Positions 20,892-30,647 of a stretch of DNA of 64,000 nt are shown one piece after another. How positions within the stretch are numbered: position 1 is the stretch's first letter; each line of letters starts with the position of its first letter. The notes under the pieces are model-generated. The model was not told the origin of the DNA and searched no databases. It saw only the letters and a program-made list of their open reading frames with translations. The position numbers and the translations under genes are program-made. The stretch comes from a virus (lineage: Duplodnaviria; Caudoviricetes), in the IMG/VR virus record IMGVR_UViG_3300021426_000064, positions 96,001 through 160,000 of that record; one strand, written 5' to 3'.

Positions 20892-22379
20892 ATGGCGACA
20901 ACGCAATTATTAGACAACTCGCTTGAGCTGCAGAAGGACTTATACAGCATTATCGTTCCTGAGGAAAGCGTAATTAAGACAGATGAGTTTCGCAAGGAAT
21001 ATGCAAAAGTAATCGCTGCGGCGCCATTTTCCGACGAGAGTCGCGCTGACGAAATTGTCGCCAGTAAAGATAACGAGCCAATTTTTGAAATCAAAAAGAT
21101 GCATCCGGAAGACCAACCAAAACGGACAGACCTAGTTCAGATGGCTACCGATATAGCTGTAGACCTAACTACTGCAGATTATCAGGTTGTCAATACGGCA
21201 AACCGATACACGGCTCTTATCGCCGGCACAATTAACCGGATGAATGCCATTAAGGAGCGAATTCTTCGGAATAAAGAACGGCTGGAAGATATTAATTTTA
21301 TTACGGCAGCGTATAAGGGATTAAGCGATTCTGTAATCATTACAGAGGATTTATGTTCCGGCTCATACTTGTATCATAACGGAGTGTATGGAGCGTTTTG
21401 CTCGCAAGCTCCGTCAGAAATAAAGAAGGACGTGCAAATCCTCTCTGTGGAAGGAAACGGATATGTAGGAAATGCGCATGTACTGACTCAGGGGGATAAG
21501 TATCTTGAAGATACTGATAATCGCGGAAACTTAGAGTATATCTCGGATGACAGCCCGCTGACAGTATTTGAATATTCCAGAATCTGCAGCAAGGACGTAT
21601 CGCAATACAGATTAAATAAAAGTACTGCGTATGATGTAAATCAGGATGACAAAGACGTCAATTGTATAATCACCCTGATGAGTAAAAATGCAAGCGGTAT
21701 AAATATGGTGGACATTGATTCCGCCGGAGGCGCGGTTGTCATTAAGGATGTGTTGGTGTCCAGTGACAATATTAATTACCGCAGTATTTTGCAATCGGAA
21801 ATCGATATGCGTGTGGACATGTATCATGCAGCCAACCAGATTGCCGGCAGCGGAAAAGTTTGCTTTCCTACATCCCGCTATGTAAAACTTGTGCTTTCTT
21901 CCAGTTATTGTGAGCCGGGGGAAGTCTTGGGGTATAGTGAAGTAGATTTAAGCGGAGAAAAACCGGAGGTGGTTATCCGCCGGCTAAAGAATGCAATGCG
22001 CAAAGTAATTAAAATTGGCAGTTTGAATGCGTATGAGTGCGAATACGATATGGGCAATATATTGACCGGCGACCTTGCTCCTACCGAAGGCTGCAAAACA
22101 GTTGCAGTATTTGCCAATGAATGCGTTCCGTATGGCATAGAAAATCCTGAAGAAGCTGTAAAATATACACTTTACATAAATGGCGTGGAATATCCCGTAG
22201 TGCCGATTAACAGCGACAAACCTGGCATAAAAATGATTTCTTGTACAGAAAGTCAGTTTGAAGGCGTTAATGTAAAGTTCATCGGAGAAAAGATAAAAAC
22301 AATTCAGCTCAGGGTGAAGATTGAGAGTGGTAAAGGCATGACGCCATTTGTTGGCAATTTAAAACTTTGCATAGGATAA
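20892..22379 (+). CDS. Hypothetical structural protein
   Basis: 495 aa, GGAGG SD, helical N-terminus followed by beta-rich region. Confidence 0.6.
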   Translation: MATTQLLDNSLELQKDLYSIIVPEESVIKTDEFRKEYAKVIAAAPFSDESRADEIVASKDNEPIFEIKKMHPEDQPKRTDLVQMATDIAVDLTTADYQVVNTANRYTALIAGTINRMNAIKERILRNKERLEDINFITAAYKGLSDSVIITEDLCSGSYLYHNGVYGAFCSQAPSEIKKDVQILSVEGNGYVGNAHVLTQGDKYLEDTDNRGNLEYISDDSPLTVFEYSRICSKDVSQYRLNKSTAYDVNQDDKDVNCIITLMSKNASGINMVDIDSAGGAVVIKDVLVSSDNINYRSILQSEIDMRVDMYHAANQIAGSGKVCFPTSRYVKLVLSSSYCEPGEVLGYSEVDLSGEKPEVVIRRLKNAMRKVIKIGSLNAYECEYDMGNILTGDLAPTEGCKTVAVFANECVPYGIENPEEAVKYTLYINGVEYPVVPINSDKPGIKMISCTESQFEGVNVKFIGEKIKTIQLRVKIESGKGMTPFVGNLKLCIG

Positions 22380-22385
22380 AACAAT

Positions 22386-23576
22386 ATGTATCTAGAAAGA
22401 TTAAAGAAGTTAAAGGAACTAAAGGATCTTACGGAGCGCGCTCTTTTACAACAGGGAGAATTTCCGGACAAGATGTACGTGAAGCAGCTGCTCGGCGGAA
22501 TGGATACCCGGTATGCAATATTTAAATATGATAATGTTCAGCCGGACACGGGGTTCGACCTTGAAAAAATGATTAATGATTTGCGCTGCATCCAAAAAGA
22601 CCTGAATATCATTTATGAAATCGTTGACGAGCTGGCACGGGAAAAGTACACCAGACTGGAGTCTTTTGTTAATGGGTATCTGTCTTCGCTGGAGAATATT
22701 GCAGACAGAGCCGATAAAAAGGCAATGGAGAAAATTGAAACGACATCTCTTGGTGCTTCAATTGTTTTCTTTACCAACGATGTGTCGGCCGTGCGCATTG
22801 AAGACACGACAGCAAGTATACAGATTACAAATCTTAAATGTACTCCACAAAGCAAATTGTATGGTTCGATTATTGGTACGGGATTCAATGTTGAAGATGT
22901 CGTTTTTCAGATAGGTGAGCGTCGATTCTCTCCGTACACAGTAAATAGGAGTACGTTTAAAGTCGGCGGCGAACTGGAGTGTAACACATACACTTATGCT
23001 GTAAACGAAGAATATCCCGTTGGCAATGCATTTAAGATTCCAAATTCGACGATTGAAGCCAGTGAAAAGAACAAATACGAAGTGTATGGTGCGCGCGACA
23101 AAGTTAAAGTGGCGTCAAATACGCGTTTAGAATTGATACCGGTTACAAAACTGCAAGGTAGTATAGCTACAGAAACCACAACATATTCGTTCTACATTGG
23201 AAACGCAACCAAGATCACATTTGATTTCTCGGCCGAGCCGACTTACAAGAACTTCAGCTCGTATGAGAATCAAAACCTGGATAAGAATAGGATATATCGC
23301 TTTGAGTTTACGGTTCCTGCGGGCACTTCTTTCTCGTGGGTTCATGACGGAACTATCTTTGCTACGAAGGAGAAAACGTCTATAAACGGTTCTGAGTTAT
23401 GCATAGTGGAAAATACGATGGCCAAAGACTTTATCATTTACGAGTACGCACCAGGAGATAAGGTAGTGTATGACGATGTGAAAATCATCATACATAATAT
23501 CAGGCAGGAAGTATTCCGCATTGAGTCTGTGGCCATAAAAGAAATTAGCGAGACGGGGGTGGCGGCGCCGGTATGA
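22386..23576 (+). CDS. Hypothetical structural protein
   Basis: 396 aa, tightly packed. Confidence 0.6.
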   Translation: MYLERLKKLKELKDLTERALLQQGEFPDKMYVKQLLGGMDTRYAIFKYDNVQPDTGFDLEKMINDLRCIQKDLNIIYEIVDELAREKYTRLESFVNGYLSSLENIADRADKKAMEKIETTSLGASIVFFTNDVSAVRIEDTTASIQITNLKCTPQSKLYGSIIGTGFNVEDVVFQIGERRFSPYTVNRSTFKVGGELECNTYTYAVNEEYPVGNAFKIPNSTIEASEKNKYEVYGARDKVKVASNTRLELIPVTKLQGSIATETTTYSFYIGNATKITFDFSAEPTYKNFSSYENQNLDKNRIYRFEFTVPAGTSFSWVHDGTIFATKEKTSINGSELCIVENTMAKDFIIYEYAPGDKVVYDDVKIIIHNIRQEVFRIESVAIKEISETGVAAPV

Positions 23577-23797
23577 TTCTATATAATATGCGATATCGCG
23601 GCCCGTATGAATATGAGAAGTTCATTCTCAATGTTTTTCAATATCACAATGAGATACTGCGCATGAAAAAAGAGCTTAACGAGAAGAACGAACAAAATAT
23701 AACAGAGCTCACCGCAAAACTGGATAAGCTCAGAGAAAAAGTAGATGAACTAAGCAACCAGATTTTGATATTGCGGGAAAAAGCTACAGCAGTATAA
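23573..23797 (+). CDS. Small coiled-coil protein
   Basis: 74 aa, ATGA overlap, RYRGP N-terminal motif then heptads. Confidence 0.6.
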   Translation: MILYNMRYRGPYEYEKFILNVFQYHNEILRMKKELNEKNEQNITELTAKLDKLREKVDELSNQILILREKATAV

Positions 23798-23808
23798 GAG
23801 GAAACGAA

Positions 23809-24852
23809 ATGATAGATAAACCAACAACAAGCGAAGTTATGGATATTTTTAATGCGGCCTATGATGATGCCAAAAAGATAGACCAGAACATTCGTGACAC
23901 CAAAAAAGTGCTGAGCGAAAAACTTGAGCTTCTCAGTACGCAAATGGAATACATGGCAAGTCAGGTATTAACAGCATCCGAACAGACCGGTGTTGTAAAA
24001 GAAAAAATCTTCTTGGCAGATGCGGATAAAGTTGGGCGATATGACCAGTTCGGAATGACTGTCCACCCCAAGTTTGTAAAAGATCCGCGGGATTTGTTTA
24101 ACTACCGGTCCACAAAGGGGTATATGTTTAAAGGGAATGTAACCACGCTGATAAACGGCGAAGAGGATTCAGACTACACAGAATGTCTTAAGCAGGATAC
24201 AGTGAATGGCAAAAAATACATGATTAAGGAATATGACAGCAGCGATATCACGCTGACAATCCTCCCTAACCTGCGAGCGCCATTGGGCAGCTTACAGTTT
24301 AATATGCTCGAAATCATGCCTTATTTGCCGGGATCGTTTAACATTGAATCGATCAAAGTGTTCTCCAGGGATAATCTGGAAGTCGAAACGCAGGCTCTGA
24401 ATAACGGTATTATCCGGGTTGGTGCACAGCGGATTGTCTTCTCCGGAAAAACAGAGCTGGGTAAGATAGAGATTAAAATTCGTCTGCTGTATAAAAATTC
24501 ATCCGGCAAGTATCCGTTTGGCTTAAAGCACTTGTATGTGCAAGAGGCCGAATTTGAAGACGATTGCTACGTCATTGTCCGCGCCGACAAAACCAAAGCG
24601 ATTTCCTATATATATGATAGCATTGTGGTTAAAAATCAGTATGGCGTAGACACTTCGGCATCAAGCAAGGAATATGATATCCATTACTACGCTTTTTTTG
24701 ACGGGGAAAATCCTGACCGCGAACTTGAGGTGTCAAAACCTGCTGCACTGAATTACATTGCCACGAACACAAAAACAGTGTTTATCAAAATTCCTGTAGA
24801 AACAGCTATTATAGCTATTACGCCAAACATTTCAACGGAAACGATTAGTTGA
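23809..24852 (+). CDS. Hypothetical structural protein
   Basis: 347 aa, GAGG SD. Confidence 0.6.
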   Translation: MIDKPTTSEVMDIFNAAYDDAKKIDQNIRDTKKVLSEKLELLSTQMEYMASQVLTASEQTGVVKEKIFLADADKVGRYDQFGMTVHPKFVKDPRDLFNYRSTKGYMFKGNVTTLINGEEDSDYTECLKQDTVNGKKYMIKEYDSSDITLTILPNLRAPLGSLQFNMLEIMPYLPGSFNIESIKVFSRDNLEVETQALNNGIIRVGAQRIVFSGKTELGKIEIKIRLLYKNSSGKYPFGLKHLYVQEAEFEDDCYVIVRADKTKAISYIYDSIVVKNQYGVDTSASSKEYDIHYYAFFDGENPDRELEVSKPAALNYIATNTKTVFIKIPVETAIIAITPNISTETIS

Positions 24853-24857
24853 CCCCG

Positions 24858-24888
24858 ATACCGCCCGCGATAAGCAGGCGGTATTTTT
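24858..24888 (+). terminator. Intrinsic terminator ending the structural block
   Basis: ATACCGCC...GGCGGTAT followed by TTTT. Confidence 0.75.
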
Positions 24889-24934
24889 ATCTTGTATATA
24901 GTCAGAAAAATTTTAACATTTTGAAAAAATAGTA

Positions 24935-24963
24935 TTGCCAAAATGAGACCGTTGTGATAATAT
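24935..24963 (+). promoter_or_regulatory. SigmaA-type promoter of the replication operon
   Basis: TTGCCA-17 nt-TAATAT with extended TG. Confidence 0.6.
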
Positions 24964-24996
24964 GTAAGTAGAGCGTAAGAAGTATGTAAGAAGTGA
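24964..24996 (+). repeat. Three 11-bp-period direct repeats GTAAG(A/T)AG
   Basis: GTAAG at 24964, 24975 and 24986. Confidence 0.75.
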
Positions 24997-25011
24997 AAGG
25001 GGATAAAGAAG

Positions 25012-25677
25012 ATGCAGGTCACGGATGCGAATTTTTTCTACAAGAACTACGTCGGGTATTATCCTAATGAAGATTGGATGTTTGAATCTACACAAGGCAT
25101 GATTGAACATTACGTTGAGTCTGGCCTGAAAGAAAAGCTATTGGATATATACGAAGCATGTGCCGGGGATGGTGTCCTTGCTGCAGATAATATCCCGTAT
25201 GAATTGTGGCAGGATGGGAATATCCTTATTCCCGGCAGGTTCTATTTACACCCCGAGCTGACATTAATGCAGCGAGCACCGGAAATAAATATTTTTACCG
25301 GCGAAGCGGTAGTAAGGCCTCATTATCGGGAAATAAGGGAACTGTACACGCTAAACGACGTCTTACTGTATGCAGGGAAGATGCTGCGCAGAGATACATT
25401 GCTTAAAGATGAAAAACAAGATATCGGCGCCATAAAACATTTACTTAAGCGATATGCAAGACAACAGGAAGAACTTGGCATTATGGCGCTGGATATGATT
25501 CTTTACCTCATACGCCATCATAAAGGCGAAAGGATAGAGCTTCTTAACATATCTCAGGACGAAGATATTGTAGCACAGCAGGTAAGAGCGTACGCAGAAA
25601 AGCTAAAGACAATGGGCAGACACAAAATAATTTGGAGGGAAAATATAAGATGCTGTCGGAAGGATTCATTGAAGTAG
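25012..25677 (+). CDS. Hypothetical protein, first gene of the replication operon
   Basis: 221 aa ORF with SD, overlaps the primase start. Confidence 0.6.
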   Translation: MQVTDANFFYKNYVGYYPNEDWMFESTQGMIEHYVESGLKEKLLDIYEACAGDGVLAADNIPYELWQDGNILIPGRFYLHPELTLMQRAPEINIFTGEAVVRPHYREIRELYTLNDVLLYAGKMLRRDTLLKDEKQDIGAIKHLLKRYARQQEELGIMALDMILYLIRHHKGERIELLNISQDEDIVAQQVRAYAEKLKTMGRHKIIWRENIRCCRKDSLK

Positions 25678-26711
25678 GTGGAAAGTGTGGCAACTACTTC
25701 ACAAGAAATATGGTTTACCCGCTGAATAATCGGCAAAAAGCTTTTGCCGACCTTAAAAAGAAAACAGGCGGCAGGGATATGTATTACTGTACGTATGTAT
25801 TCGACAATAAGACCCGTGAAAAAGGGACAAGGTTCTTTTCGCCGCTCTATTTCGACATTGATGGGGATATTCAGACTGACGAGGGCTTTGAACGGGTAAG
25901 GCTGGCAGCACTATCCCTTGCGACAATTCTTAATATAGAACTGAGGCTGAACGTAAATGAAATGAAGTTCTATTTTTCTGGCGGAAAAGGCTTTCATGTT
26001 TTTATTGACCCTCGTATTCTGGGGGTAAAACCAAGCACAAAACTTCCGGCATTATACAAGCTGTATGTATCTTACTTAAGCCGTAAGATAGAAAACGGCG
26101 CGCTACTGGACACAAGAATATATGACAGTCGCCGCCTGATTCGTTTCCCGAATACGATAAATGACAAAACCGGCTTATATAAAATTCCGATAACATACAA
26201 CCAACTTCGGACGCTTACAAGGGAGCAACTTTTCAGCTTAGCGAAAAACCCTCAGCAGGAATATGTTACTTCGGTAAAATTCAATCAGGAGGCGGCAAGC
26301 CGCTTTGTAGATAAGCTCCGCGAAATGGCGCAGGAACAGGCACAGCCAACAAGTAGTAATATACATATACCAAGCAGCGCTCAAAAATTGCCGTTATGTG
26401 TAAAGCATCTGCTCTCGACGACAGTAGACAAAGGCGGCAGGAACAATACACTCGCATTGATAGCGTCCCTTCTTGTTCAGAATGGTTATGTAGGGGATGT
26501 CGCAATCAGTATACTGCAGGATTGGAATATGGGCAACGCTGAGCCGCTTACTGACCATGAACTTATCACGACATATAACAGCGCTGAACGAATGGCAAGA
26601 GCGGGCAGGGGATATGGATGTTCTTCTATAAGACAACAAGGGGCTTTTGCTCCAAGGGAAGTTTGTCCAAAATGTAAGATTTTTAAATGTAAACACGGGG
26701 CGGGGAGATAA
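25650..26711 (+). CDS. Archaeo-eukaryotic-type primase (AEP) with PriCT-like C-terminal domain
   Basis: Motifs LYFDID, YFSGGKGFHV and RLIRFPNT. C-terminal GGRNNTL...WN...EPL...EL...SA plus Cys cluster. ATG 25650 chosen after GGAGG (ORF track starts at 25632). Confidence 0.85.
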   Translation: MLSEGFIEVGGKCGNYFTRNMVYPLNNRQKAFADLKKKTGGRDMYYCTYVFDNKTREKGTRFFSPLYFDIDGDIQTDEGFERVRLAALSLATILNIELRLNVNEMKFYFSGGKGFHVFIDPRILGVKPSTKLPALYKLYVSYLSRKIENGALLDTRIYDSRRLIRFPNTINDKTGLYKIPITYNQLRTLTREQLFSLAKNPQQEYVTSVKFNQEAASRFVDKLREMAQEQAQPTSSNIHIPSSAQKLPLCVKHLLSTTVDKGGRNNTLALIASLLVQNGYVGDVAISILQDWNMGNAEPLTDHELITTYNSAERMARAGRGYGCSSIRQQGAFAPREVCPKCKIFKCKHGAGR

Positions 26712-27875
26712 ATGGACGAGAAAGAGATTTTAGAGGAAAACATGCCGGAAGAAAATAGCAATAAAAATACAGAGAAACGGCCTGTGGCAGACCTTAGTTT
26801 CCTTGACGATGCGTTTGACGAAGAGCTGAATGTACATGAAGCACAGGAGGTCGGTGTATCGGATAAATATGCCGTAGCGCCGATAGATGTATTCGAAGCA
26901 TCCAGACAGTATATTGATGACTTTGAAAATGCCTGCCAGAACGAAGGCACCGGATATGAAGCGCCGAATTTTCCTATCTGGTCAGAAAAGATGGAGGGGC
27001 TTATGAATGGCTTCTATATCTTTGCCGGATATTCGAACTCAGGGAAAAGCGCTACGTGCATGAACTTAGCTATGGATTATGCGCTCAATGAAGATAACCA
27101 CCTGTATCTTATCTATTATTCGTTGGACGATACCAAGGAGGATATCTATTCCCGCATTATCGCTATGAAGTATCGTTTACCGATTTCTGTAATCCGTAAA
27201 CCGAAACGTTACGAGAAGATGATCGAAGAAGGCAAGGAAAATACGGCACTTTATCAGAAGCAGCTTGACTTGCGCAAAAAGGCCGTTGAGGACATTAAGA
27301 GGTTCTCTCATAAGTTCATGGTTAAAGATGGCGAAGAGATTGATTGTATCGAAAAGATGCTCAACCATGCCAAGATGGTAAAGAGCTACTTACAGACCCG
27401 CGACCCGCAGGCAAATATTCTGGTTGTGATAGACTCTTTGATGGATATCAATATTGACTCGCAGAACTATCGAGAAGAAAAAGACCGCAATACGGCAATA
27501 TCTAAGCTGGTTAAGAAGTATGCCACGACAGAGCTTAAATGCCCTATATTTGGTACAGCCCATGTACGTAAAAACTCTGGCCGTCGTATTACGATCAGTG
27601 ACCTTAAAGAATCTGGGCGCTACGAATATGATGCTCGCGCGGTCTTCCTGATTACGAATGATGTTTCCCGTAACGGGCAAAATGCAGAGATTTACTTTAC
27701 GCAAGGCAATGATGATATTACAAAGCATCCGGTGCTTGAAATCTATTGGTCCAAAAATAAAACATCTTCATTCAAGGAAAGAACGTATTGTTATTTCAGC
27801 CCTGAAACTTCTCTGGCTATTGAGGTAAAAAAAGAACAGGCAGAAGAATACGACTCTATTATTTATGCCGAGTAA
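26712..27875 (+). CDS. DnaB-like replicative helicase (SF4 ATPase domain)
   Basis: Walker A AGYSNSGKS, YYSLDD, Walker B VVIDSL, DLKESG..EYDA, KNK motif. Confidence 0.85.
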   Translation: MDEKEILEENMPEENSNKNTEKRPVADLSFLDDAFDEELNVHEAQEVGVSDKYAVAPIDVFEASRQYIDDFENACQNEGTGYEAPNFPIWSEKMEGLMNGFYIFAGYSNSGKSATCMNLAMDYALNEDNHLYLIYYSLDDTKEDIYSRIIAMKYRLPISVIRKPKRYEKMIEEGKENTALYQKQLDLRKKAVEDIKRFSHKFMVKDGEEIDCIEKMLNHAKMVKSYLQTRDPQANILVVIDSLMDINIDSQNYREEKDRNTAISKLVKKYATTELKCPIFGTAHVRKNSGRRITISDLKESGRYEYDARAVFLITNDVSRNGQNAEIYFTQGNDDITKHPVLEIYWSKNKTSSFKERTYCYFSPETSLAIEVKKEQAEEYDSIIYAE

Positions 27876-27879
27876 CGAC

Positions 27880-27913
27880 AATCCGCCGAACACATTCGTG
27901 CCGGCGGATTTTT
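27880..27913 (+). terminator. Intrinsic terminator
   Basis: AATCCGCCG...CGGCGGATT followed by TTT. Confidence 0.75.
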
Positions 27914-27928
27914 GCGTGTTTTACTTTG

Positions 27929-27990
27929 CTTCTTACCTACTTCTTAAATACTTCTTACATATTTTATATTGACAAATGTGTAAGAAGTGG
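27929..27990. repeat. 11-bp-period CTTCTTA repeats (reverse complement of TAAGAAG) plus one forward copy
   Basis: CTTCTTA at 27929, 27940 and 27951. GTAAGAAGT at 27980. Confidence 0.75.
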
Positions 27991-27997
27991 ATATAAT
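27969..27997 (+). promoter_or_regulatory. Consensus sigmaA/sigma70 promoter
   Basis: TTGACA-17 nt-TATAAT, perfect consensus. Confidence 0.9.
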
Positions 27998-28052
27998 AAG
28001 AACATAGAAAAGAAACTAAATACAGAGAAAAAACGTAGAAAGGAAGACGTTT

Positions 28053-28799
28053 TTGGCTATGAATACGCTCGTAGTTAAAGAGATCCCAATGATAGTCATG
28101 GGAGAAACACCGCTGATTAACAGCAGTGAGCTGGCCAGAATCTTCGGTAAAAAACACGGCAACTTTGTTAACGCCACTAAGATTTACCTCGACTCTCTTC
28201 CGATTGCCAGGAAACATATTAAGCCTTCTGAAGACAACGATAGCTATATGTTCGACTTGCAGGGGTTCACATCAATTACCCCATATATCGTAGGCAGTGA
28301 AAAGAGCAAAGCGATGAAGGTTGCAGAGGCTTTCGAAGAAGCATACCGACAGATTTCCCGTAACCGCGAAAACGAAGCAACGGATCGGCTAAGAAAAGCC
28401 GCAATGCAGTTTAAGGAAGAGCGCGATGATGCCGCAGAAAAGGTAAAAACGCTGGATGCGCTCTGCAACACCAGAGATTATTATTCGTTTTCCGATGCAG
28501 CTAAGTTAATCGGTATCCCACGCAAACGACTTATCCGCGCTTTGGAAGAACATGAATACATCATTCGCAAAGCAAGAGCCGGCCGCTACAAACAGACGAC
28601 ACTGATGCCAAAAGCCAAATACATGGCAGACGGACAGGGCGAAGGGCTGTTTGTGCTGAAGCAACTGAAGTTTGGTCCGGCATGGAAAAATGAAAAAGGC
28701 GAAACCTGCCAAAGCATGGTGCTTCACCCATATCTTACTGAAAAAGGTGTGGCAAGAATGCATGTGCTTCTAAAGAAGTGGGGTGAGCTCGCTGCGTGA
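28053..28799 (+). CDS. Rha-like/antirepressor (ANT/KilA-C) phage regulatory protein
   Basis: N-terminal INSSELARIFGKKH (Rha-like). C-terminal FSDAAKLIGI..KRL...L and P.LT.KG (ANT-like). Confidence 0.7.
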   Translation: MAMNTLVVKEIPMIVMGETPLINSSELARIFGKKHGNFVNATKIYLDSLPIARKHIKPSEDNDSYMFDLQGFTSITPYIVGSEKSKAMKVAEAFEEAYRQISRNRENEATDRLRKAAMQFKEERDDAAEKVKTLDALCNTRDYYSFSDAAKLIGIPRKRLIRALEEHEYIIRKARAGRYKQTTLMPKAKYMADGQGEGLFVLKQLKFGPAWKNEKGETCQSMVLHPYLTEKGVARMHVLLKKWGELAA

Positions 28800-29022
28800 G
28801 ATAAAAACGTGGAATTCTCCACTGGGGGCTAGAATACATTGCCCGAACTTTGATCCGTGTCCACTTTGTTATGGCTGCCGCAATTATACAGAGAAAGCTG
28901 TCCGCTGTGACCGCTGTGCTGAAGATGATAAAAAGCGCAATGTATGTAATACAATAAGCCATACTGAAAAAGCGCTGGGTATGATGATTAGGCAAACCAC
29001 TGTAAAAATATACGAGGAATAA
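28783..29022 (+). CDS. Small Cys-rich putative metal-binding protein
   Basis: CPNFDPCPLCYGC...CDRC...C...H in 79 aa. Confidence 0.6.
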   Translation: MSSLREIKTWNSPLGARIHCPNFDPCPLCYGCRNYTEKAVRCDRCAEDDKKRNVCNTISHTEKALGMMIRQTTVKIYEE

Positions 29023-29026
29023 TAAA

Positions 29027-29689
29027 TTGGAAGATTATAGAATTAATAAAATATATACGAATCCAGAGGATATGTATGCGTGGCAGGGAAAAATCAAAGA
29101 CCACGTAAATACAGACGAAAGTGACGGAGTTACTATTCTGGCTCCGGAAGGATACGGCAAGACCTATTTCTGCCGTGATATGATTAATGAATGGCTGGAA
29201 ATGCTTGCTCCGGGTGCAAATATCCTGTACTATTCGCCCAAACATGATGCCTGTGATAGGATGGCCGTAACATGTGCTTTTATTCAACAAGGGCATATGA
29301 CCAGAGATTACACGATAACCAATGATGCTCAGCAGACGATTGTTATCCCTGTAACTGCACAGCAGCTAAAAGATGTGCTTTCGTCGGCAATGAGGTTCGA
29401 CCTTATCATTATCGATGATGCAGATATAATGGGGAATGCCGCTCTCCACTCTATTATCCTGAAGGGTATGCTTGACGACGCAAAACTGGTCATCGTCGGC
29501 ACATCCCATGAGAATGAAGAAATTCAGCTCAGTAAGAGTATCTGGAAATGGCTTCTCAATCATCCGTGCTATACAGCATTTGAGGTTGTTAAACCGAGTT
29601 TACTACCGCAGGAAGAAGAAGCAGGAAAAACCATGATTGACCACCTGATAAGTATTCTTCATCCTATGAAGTATCATTATGTAGCGTAA
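29027..29689 (+). CDS. P-loop ATPase domain protein (terminase/helicase-like fragment)
   Basis: ILAPEGYGKT, LIIIDDAD and LVIVGT motifs. Only 220 aa. Confidence 0.6.
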   Translation: MEDYRINKIYTNPEDMYAWQGKIKDHVNTDESDGVTILAPEGYGKTYFCRDMINEWLEMLAPGANILYYSPKHDACDRMAVTCAFIQQGHMTRDYTITNDAQQTIVIPVTAQQLKDVLSSAMRFDLIIIDDADIMGNAALHSIILKGMLDDAKLVIVGTSHENEEIQLSKSIWKWLLNHPCYTAFEVVKPSLLPQEEEAGKTMIDHLISILHPMKYHYVA

Positions 29690-29711
29690 AGGAAAGCAGG
29701 TAAACCAAAGT

Positions 29712-30014
29712 ATGACAAAAATCATTCCTATCGGAGAAAAGCTTCTGATTAAACCGGAAGTAAAAAACGATAAGCAGACAGCTTCCGGTATTGTAATTCC
29801 CGAAACATCTGTGGATAAGCCGCAGATTGGCGAAGTAGTGGCTGCTGGCGAAGGCCGCATCCTGGAAAATGGTACAATGATGCCGCTTACGGTTAAAGTC
29901 GGCGACCGAGTTCTTTTCCGCAAATTCGCAGGAACAGAAATTAAAATCGACAAGGAAGACGATGTTCTTCTGCTGGTAACAGAACGCGATATTCTGGGTA
30001 TCATCCAGAAATAA
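29712..30014 (+). CDS. groES: Co-chaperonin GroES
   Basis: IIPIGEKLLIK, TASGIVIP, GEVVAAGEG, VKVGDRVLF..FAGTEIK, ERDILGII. Confidence 0.95.
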   Translation: MTKIIPIGEKLLIKPEVKNDKQTASGIVIPETSVDKPQIGEVVAAGEGRILENGTMMPLTVKVGDRVLFRKFAGTEIKIDKEDDVLLLVTERDILGIIQK

Positions 30015-30071
30015 TGCAGATTTAGGCCGCCCATAGCGGGCGGCTGACAATCTAACCGGAGGAAAATAATT

Positions 30072-30647
30072 TTGCAATCTAATAATCAAAACATCAATCA
30101 TCTCGAATTTTGGGCCAACCAGAAAGATATTTTGACGGGCACCTTGAACGCGATGCAGGCTGAAAGACTGGAGAACGCTGTAAAGAAGCTCTATTATCCT
30201 GAATTGCAGCAGTTTGTTGTTCTGGTTCTGACCCGTAAGGTTGAAGAAGATGGCGAAATCGAAGATGCCTTGGGCGCATTTGAGTTAGGCGTAAGATACT
30301 TTACCGAGCGCGGGTATTACTACGAAATGGCCCCCAATAAGCAGACGTGCACATTCTTAGCGTCGCTCCTTCTGCATAACGTATACTTCAATCACCATAT
30401 CCATAACGCTTTTGATTGGCTCAGAGTTTTCAAACTCCGTGACGAAACCGAAGGCCTGGCTTATGCGCTTTATGAAATAATGGAATATAATGACCGCGGC
30501 ATGTTTGAATTTGTATATCAGAATGTTGAAGCTCAGCTGGGCGAAGCAATGCCAACACCGGGCAATCGTCCGGTTCGTGGTCAGAATACGGAGCATTTCT
30601 GGAACGTGCTCTGGTTCTATTATCATGGCACACATTCGAAATGGTAA
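30072..30647 (+). CDS. Hypothetical protein
   Basis: TTG start after GGAGG, 191 aa. Confidence 0.6.
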   Translation: MQSNNQNINHLEFWANQKDILTGTLNAMQAERLENAVKKLYYPELQQFVVLVLTRKVEEDGEIEDALGAFELGVRYFTERGYYYEMAPNKQTCTFLASLLLHNVYFNHHIHNAFDWLRVFKLRDETEGLAYALYEIMEYNDRGMFEFVYQNVEAQLGEAMPTPGNRPVRGQNTEHFWNVLWFYYHGTHSKW

